Shown piece after piece: positions 56,472 through 64,000 of a stretch of DNA of 64,000 nucleotides. How positions within the stretch are numbered: position 1 is the stretch's first letter; the number at the start of each line of letters is the position of its first letter. Source of the stretch: Tubulanus polymorphus (lineage: Eukaryota > Animalia > Nemertea); assembly GCF_964204645.1 (NCBI RefSeq), contig NC_134025.1, positions 29,306,299 to 29,370,298 on the forward strand, given 5' to 3'. The notes below the pieces were generated by a model that was not told where the DNA came from, made no database searches, and saw only the letters and a list, made by a program, of their open reading frames with translations. The position numbers and the translations under genes were made by a program.

Positions 56472-56727
56472 TCTATCTTTATCGATGATAAGATAAAAAC
56501 CCACTATCTACAGATTAAAAGAATTTGAATAAACAAGAATTTATTTATTCAATCTAAAATATATAGAATACACGACGTTTCGATCTCACCCTAGAGATCA
56601 TCATCAGGTGTGTGTGCGAATAAATAAATTCTTGTTTTTAAATTCTTTTTATCTGTAGATAGTGGGTATTTATCTTATTATCCGTTCACCACGTTTGAGT
56701 GTGGTTATCGTTCTATCTTTATCGATG
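56472..56727. mobile_element. Penelope-like insertion with partial inverted repeat, hammerhead motif and a 16-bp TSD
   Basis: Arms ~56488-56550 and ~56618-56678; direct repeat tctatctttatcgatg at 56472-56487 and 56712-56727. Confidence 0.75.
56570..56611 (-). ncRNA. Minimal type I hammerhead ribozyme
   Basis: The - strand reads ACAC-CTGATGA-T-GATCTC-TAGGGT-GAGATC-GAAAC-GTC-GTGT: intact core, 4-bp stem I, 6-bp stem II, palindromic ACGT stem III and a GUC cleavage triplet. Confidence 0.75.
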
Positions 56728-59700
56728 TTCACGAAAGTAAAACCGATGAAGTTCCGTTTATTCAAAAAGAAGGATTAGGATAAATCAACAAGGTACAGTA
56801 ATGGGAAAATATGGCTTTTTTAAAAGAGTTTATGTAGTTGATTTATAGTTGAACAGGTGTGTATCGATACGGTTATAACTCACGTTTACGTTGCTTATCT
56901 ATATATTGAGGTTCTTAATGCACTTTTGAAAATACCTGTGAGGTACCACAAAAAAATATTGGCATTCGTTCAACGAAAGAAGAAAATTTTTCCAATAATT
57001 TACTTAAGTGTTTCGAGCTTTAGTGCAAGTAGGTCCATTACGTATTATTGATAAAAAGAAATGCGATGCCATCACGTAGAAAACGTATAAATCCCACCAG
57101 CGCAGATGTATTTGAACTAAACACATTTTCACAGCGCCTTAAGAGTCATTGCATTACGTTCGGCCATTTTCTCTCTTTCAAGAGCACGTGAGGTCAATTT
57201 CCCCGGCGTTGCAGAAGCTCTTATATCGAAACGTGATGTGTAATTTGTATATCACGTTGAGACAAACACTTAAAAAGTTTCTATTTACCGAATAGCCAAC
57301 CCAAACATTAGCACCCAGAAGATATCCATACCTGCTTATTCTTCAAACAAAGAAATGCTATGAATATATATGACCTTTTAGCGGATTGATTCTTACACGA
57401 TATTATATTGGTATGTCTTTAATCATATCACACTTTAGACCTTGGTAGTTAACCGTTTTTTTTTCAAGCAGTTATCAGATCTATGACATGACATAAACCT
57501 ACGATTTCAGGGACGCTCGTTATCTAAAATCGGAGTTTTCACGAAAGGTTTCCAGCTAGCTGGTGCAAGAAACCGCTCGAAAAATGTTCCGCTGAAAACG
57601 CCGAAAAATAATGATCTCGAGCTTGAAAATGCGTCAACAGGATAAAGTTATTGCAACTTTGTCGGCTGGAAACTGAACTGTCCGAATTATTTTTGTCTCG
57701 GTGTTCAAGATCGTCTGGAACGAAGAAACTAATTGATAATTTCTACAATAACTACTCTTATACGACACAGTATCATATACTAACGATTTCGACTGTGGTA
57801 TTTTGTAATCATCAAACTTTACATAACGATGATCAATTAATTATGAAAGTGACTCGAGCTGTCGCATAGAACGAGTCGCTAATGTAAAACAATGAAGATT
57901 TATTTCATATTTTACAGTATGATATTCACGCAGAAATCACACTGTCAATTTCACATCCATAACTTCATTTCACGAAATGTTTTTAATTTCGCGCTTGGTC
58001 AATTTGACAACTATTTATAACAAGTCGAAACGACTTCGCAGACGATCGATTCTAGGTTATTATGCAAGCAGTGTATATGTTTCGTTTATCCAGGCGGCAC
58101 CAACCTGATTTCTAGATGCAACAAGCCGAAATGACGACATTGTAAATTATTCATAAAAAAATATCGAACGACTTAGTGCCATGCGTCAAGCCAATTTTCC
58201 TATCTCGACGGACACTTCCGTATACGGAATTTGATTCGCAAATATCATTGCAGTTGAAAGCATTTGTCCGGACGTACAAAAGCAGTAATCAGAATAACCA
58301 GAGAACGATATCAGATTGCGAGCTTAGATAAATCTATCGTGGTATATTATTTTGGGTATGAAATTGTTAGGAGATTAAATCGTAAAAAACGTCTAATGAT
58401 AAATATCATTTCTAGGTTTCAATGGCTGAAAGTAGTAAGCAACGATTATCGATACACATTATTTACTTATTTTATTGATGGATCGAAACCTTTCTTCTTA
58501 CGAACATTCCATTAGATAAAACAGACATACTGTGAGTGAATTCAACGATTTTGTCAGCTGTAGCAAAATACGAACGTATTGTGTGCATTTCGGCGAAAAT
58601 AAAGAAGATTCATTCGTACATTCTAAAGATGGATAGTATCGCACTCAGTGGCAAGCGTGGATAAACTTATAGCTCTTGGAAATCTTCTGAGAAACAATGA
58701 TGATTCTTTTTTTTATAACATCTGCCAATCTTTTACAACTGATCGTGTTATTCATTTACTCGTCACTTGCCCCCCACTTGTCGCTATTTTCATAGAGTAA
58801 AAAAGTAGACCACAAAAACAAGTCGTTTTTGCGAAAACCCATCTATTTCTATAAATATTTGATACGCTTTCCGTTTTATTTTCCCGTATATTTCCATTCA
58901 ATTTTGGCCAGTGACGTTTTGAATTACTCATTCACTGATGACATTTGTAAGATTCGATTCAACAGTTGACAGCTGGATATCTTTGAATAACGAAGGTTTT
59001 AATTTTGGGACAGAATTATTGATATAACTTTTTTAGCAGCCGGACTAAATCGAGAACAACTTCGGTTATTACGACAAGAGTGCGCTTAACCAAAAAGCAA
59101 ACTCAGAACTGAGAAAATATAGGCAGCGCGCCACTCAACAATTCTAAATCAATCGTCCTCGCTTGGTTGATCAATAAGTTGAAGTGAATACTAAAGGACT
59201 GGAGTTGCATATAATCTTTTTAGAAATATTATATTTTGAAAATGCAATTTTTGAAGATATATTCTGACATTTCCTTAATTAACTGTCGTCTTAAAATATC
59301 TTCGTCGCTATCGAATTCGTGACAGTCTAAACTTACTGCTGGGATATTAGTTTCACGTATTAATCGGCAATTTTCAACCGTCAGATCGAGATGTGTCACT
59401 ATCTACATTATAGCGGGGCTAATCCTCTTTTACGGGTGAAGGCCGCTCAAGCCTTAGCGGCCGCCAGTGGCTAAGTTCATGCAACTCCGATTCTTGGAAG
59501 ACCTTCGAAGCTTTGCCTAATGGTATTGATAACGTTTTGACCAACGAAAGAAATCTCAAGCGCTGAATTCATCGTCACGAGAAAAAAAAACGCAACTCGC
59601 GTTTAAGAAATACCCGTCGGAGCCAGTATGACAAAAGCGTTTGGCTCAAAAAATAATCCTTCCGTGAATAAACAAGCTTTCACTAACAGTGAGTAAACAG

Positions 59701-60193
59701 TTGAAACACATGTATTCTGCAGTGACACAGAATCGAAAGGACCATGTGGAAAATTTCCGCTCGATTGAAGCATTGAATTTTTTTCTGTTGATACCATGTA
59801 TCCTTCCCCTGTTTTGCACAAACAAAAATAATATCATGGGATGCTGGAGAAGAGGATATAGAAAGATGCAGTTACTTACTGTCGTTGCGTTCGGATTGTC
59901 GGTAAGAATACCTGCCGTTCTGAGATGAAAAATCCAGGAAATGAAACTAGAACGCGACGTATGTTCTCGATCTTATTCCGCATCGTTTGCGAAAATTGAG
60001 GTTTGAAATCGATTAAAAACGAGAAAAAGTTTCCGCCGTACGAGGAAAAGTCATTTAGATAATAGAAAATATTGTTTTATCGACAGACCTATATTGGTTT
60101 TGTGTTCCGTTTCGAAATACAATGAGCTCCACATTAAACCAATATATTATCGAGTTCACATTATCACGCACAGATCTCATATCTTTGTATTTC

Positions 60194-60459
60194 AGTATAT
60201 AGGGTTTAGTTGTTTCAAGCCAAAGGTCGAACGGTCGAGTGAGTAAAAAATGAAAAATATGAAAATAATAATAATTTCTTGAATTAGGAGTGAAACTCAT
60301 AAAAAATGAAAAATAAATTCGAGCGTGCGAGAATTATTTTTCATTTTTTATGAGTTTCGCGAGTAATTCAAGTAGAAATTGTTGTTATTTTCATATTTTT
60401 CATTTTTTATGAGCTCGACCGTTCGACCTTTGGCTTGAAACAACTAAACCCTATATACT
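60194..60459. mobile_element. Palindromic MITE (~265 bp) in TA context
   Basis: agtatatagggtttagttgtttcaagccaaaggtcgaacggtcgag ... ctcgaccgttcgacctttggcttgaaacaactaaaccctatatact; the fold-back spans almost the whole element. Confidence 0.8.
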
Positions 60460-60937
60460 TATTTCCACGCCGATGACTTTTTTAACATTGCTGAGCTAAA
60501 TAATTCACATTCGTATTAACGAAGACTTCGCGAAAACTTGTTTTAGCTCGGTGCTTCGTTGATGACTTACATCATTGGGCGGCAGTTCAGCCTTCCGTGA
60601 ATAAACGGAATTCTCGTAGAATAATCTATTGACCGCTATCCTAATGGAGAAACCCTTTTACTATTTCTTACTTACATTATTTCGATAGGTGAATATATTT
60701 ACGAATTCCGCCTTGATCCAGCTACATCACAGTTTACATCAAACAAATCCTCAGCTCAATTCATCCGTTGTCGCTGTGTAAAAAAAATTGTACTCACACT
60801 TCAGAGGATTGGATCAGCACTGCGTTAAGCGTTTTAACCGGTGATACTACGAGTGAAATATCGACCGTATAGCTAACATTCAAATCCTTCGCGATATCAT
60901 CAAAGATCATATACTCTAATTATTGTAAGAAGTTTTT

Positions 60938-61176
60938 AAAAGAACCCACTATATACAGAATTCAAAAGATTAAAAACGAATTTTACTTATCAAGAATTAG
61001 AATCAAAACACACGATACTCACTCAGCAGTTCACCTAAATAACCTGTATATGAATGAAGCCCTCTTTTCCCTCACACCTGACGCTGATCACTAATGAGAG
61101 TTCGAAACGTCGTGTATTTTGATTCTAATTCTTCATAGATAAGATTCTGTATATACGTAATGGGCTTTTTTATCTT
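60938..61176. mobile_element. Degenerate relative of the 56472 Penelope-like element
   Basis: Shares acccactat.tacaga; core ACAC-CTGACGC-tgatc...GAAAC-GTC-GTGT at 61074-61115; imperfect inverted arms. Confidence 0.55.
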
Positions 61177-64000
61177 AAAATAAGGATTGACCCTGTTATT
61201 CATTTGGTCGGTAAATTTCGTTTGAATTTTTTTGAATGAGTGTCCCTTACAAACCCACCACTTCTGCCGGGAGCGAAACAGGGGGTTTGATATTGAAATC
61301 GGAAATTGAAGTACAGATATAGTTGTGTGATCGGCGGTCAGATCTACAAGAATTTTTTGTTTAAATCGAATAACATTATTGGGAAATTCGGTTCCCGTTC
61401 GGATTTTAAACTTATCTGTTCTCCACGTCAGAGTTTGGCTAATCTACCATCTAATTATTGAAATATCAGATTCTTCATATCTAAAATTGGCATTATTGTG
61501 ACGTGAGTTTTATGATGATTTGTGGTCTGTGATATTGGGCTTTTTATTCATTAATTATAAACTACTGTTTACTAAGTAAAGAACGAGTCTTGTCTATCTC
61601 ATCTAATCTCAGCTTATTAACACAATAAAACATTTCCAATTTATTCATCGTTCATGTTTTCAAACGACAACTTGAATACATCGTTCGCTTCCGATATTAT
61701 TTTTTATGTTATTTTTTTATGCGTTAGAAATAAGAACCAACGCGTATAAAACCATCCCGTGCAGGGATTATAATTCGTTCCTGATTCGTCGATTAGTCAA
61801 AACGGGTTCAAAACCCCGTAGGGGGTTGAATCGGATTATCAGCCCTAATCTGACAAAATATGTCAAGGCATACCTTCTTTCGGAGATTATATACTTGTTG
61901 AATCGCTATCTTTGTGATGCCAGGGGCGCGTGCATCTATCATTTGCATTTCAACTTTTAATTATCATCTTCATATTTGAACAGTTGAATAGGAAATGCAA
62001 TCAAAACTCGGAATGAGATTCCTGATTAAAGGAATAACATAAGTTTGAATAAGCTAATAACATGTTTTATTTGACGTATGAAAGACGGTTTCGTCAGGAT
62101 GCCAGTGTAAACATCTTATTGATATTAATGTCGCGCAATATTACATCGATGTAACGTTATCCGTTTTATATCGAATGCTTACGCTAACGCTGTAATACAA
62201 GCTGTTTACCGATTCGATCCGATGAAACGTGAACTATCCGATATTTTTGGGGAGAGGTTGATATTTTCTGTCTGCTGTTTGGTTTTAAGTATAAACTACC
62301 TTTGAATAATTAACAACGGATAAATCATTATGGCTGATTAGATAGACTGTCTCTACGTGGAGCCCCATTATTTTGATCCATTTTTCTTCCTGAAAATGAG
62401 TAATGAGTTCCAATAATGTAACGTTTTAGTGAAATAGTCGATTCTATTCTTTATCAGTGTCATAATGTATTCACATTATAGAACTCTTTCTAAACACTCT
62501 ATGGCATCATCACATTGTCTGCTTGTGATTGAATGCTTGGGATCATCTAACCAATCATTTGTGATTTCAAATGATTTCATTGGGAGATTTGCAAGACGAC
62601 TATCATTTTATAGGTAGGTCCTATACTGAGGTACGTAAGATAATTGATTATCCGTGAACTTTCTTTTTGAAAATGTTAAACTTTACGCCTGAGTTCCGGA
62701 ACTGAAAAGGACGTGTTTACTTCGCGTTGATTGGCTGGTTGGCTAATAGCACGAGGGCGGCGCCACCGGCTGGTGCTATGTTGCCCGCCGGGAGAAGGAC
62801 TTCATTTTCTGTCGCAAAAATGCTGATGAGCAACTGGTCATTCGCACATCTTTTGTTTTTCGCGTAGAACGAACTTCCGAAGAGATGATTTTTCGAATGT
62901 CAACTTTCTCACCAGATAGATGTTAATCGTACAGCGAGAATAATCATGAAGATTCTTTTCTTGCTCGTAAAACTTTTTTTTTTTCTGCAGAATCATAGAT
63001 CATGATCTGAATGAAAGGAAGAAATGCAATTTCTACAGATGAAGCGTGGCACTCGTGACAGAAAGTGATTTCGCTGTGTATCTTGTTGATCATGTATTAT
63101 TAGTTTATTAGATTATATCTATATCTAATTCGTAGCTACATGAGACTAGAAGATTAATGAGCCTCGGTGTCAGCAGATATAGATATATGCGGATTATTCA
63201 TACGTTAAACTGACGAGAATTTATCTCCGATTAACGTTATTATAACTGAAGTAGAATTCATCTCTGAATTATTTCATATGTATTCAAAGTTTATAAGAAT
63301 AATTGCAATATAAATCTCATTTTCTAATCACATAGTTTGTTAACACGGCAGTTCTCAGAATCATATCTCCTCACTTGGTGATATCCATAACCATAACAAT
63401 AAAATGAATGAAACTATAGTATGAACAGTAAGGAGCTATTAAACTAAGTGATTTAACTGTGTATATAAACTATCGTTTAAAGTCATTATTTCTAATTAAA
63501 CTGATATCTACGTATGCTAGTTCTTTACATAATCGAATCATTTTAAAATCACTGTTTGATTTCATTTCAAGTATTTGATTTCATTTTCAGTATGTCTTGT
63601 CTTGATATAATTGTTAAGAGAATTCATGGATATTTTGCTCAAGTCCTGGCGACCGCTCAACGATGTTCATAATCGTCGCATTTAATTGATTGATAGACGA
63701 AGGTAATTCTTTGAGCGTCTCCGAATTGTAATCCGTAACATTTGTTACAAGCAGTAATCCATTGTTTGCATTCACAAGCTGATTACACCGACCGGTGTAT
63801 CAATGAATTCATTGCATCCATTCATTTCCGGCAACTAAAAGCAACACGTGGAATTACATGGAAAATCGCACCATAACATCAACTTATACAAGTGTGTCTT
63901 CTTCGTAAACGCAGCACGAAAGATCAGAAATGAAATGATTATGTAAGAAAACTACGTTGCTATGTTATAGCAGGATCGTTATAGCAATTCGCTAGGTTTG

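Overview
AT-rich, intron-containing animal genomic DNA, probably an invertebrate/lophotrochozoan (inferred from the NIT-domain guanylyl cyclase and the FMRFamide-type GPCR). The main feature is a ~41 kb + strand GT7-family beta-1,4-N-acetylgalactosaminyl/galactosyltransferase (bre-4-like) gene. It has THREE paralogous, intact N-terminal coding exons (3476, 9609, 23399). Each ends in the same phase-1 G|GTAAGT donor, and all lie upstream of one set of five catalytic exons (35913-44927), giving a variable-exon/constant-exon cassette like UGT1A or the clustered protocadherins. Downstream on the - strand are a 7-8 exon NIT-domain membrane guanylyl cyclase, a 2-exon orphan single-pass membrane protein and a class A neuropeptide-type GPCR with an intronless CDS. 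Non-coding DNA contains several palindromic Penelope-like remnants carrying minimal hammerhead ribozyme motifs (one intact, one expanded into a 25-bp minisatellite), tRNA-derived SINE-like elements, MITEs, a 102-bp x12 tandem array and microsatellites. All gene models were built by hand from splice signals and reading frames; no database search or expression data were available.
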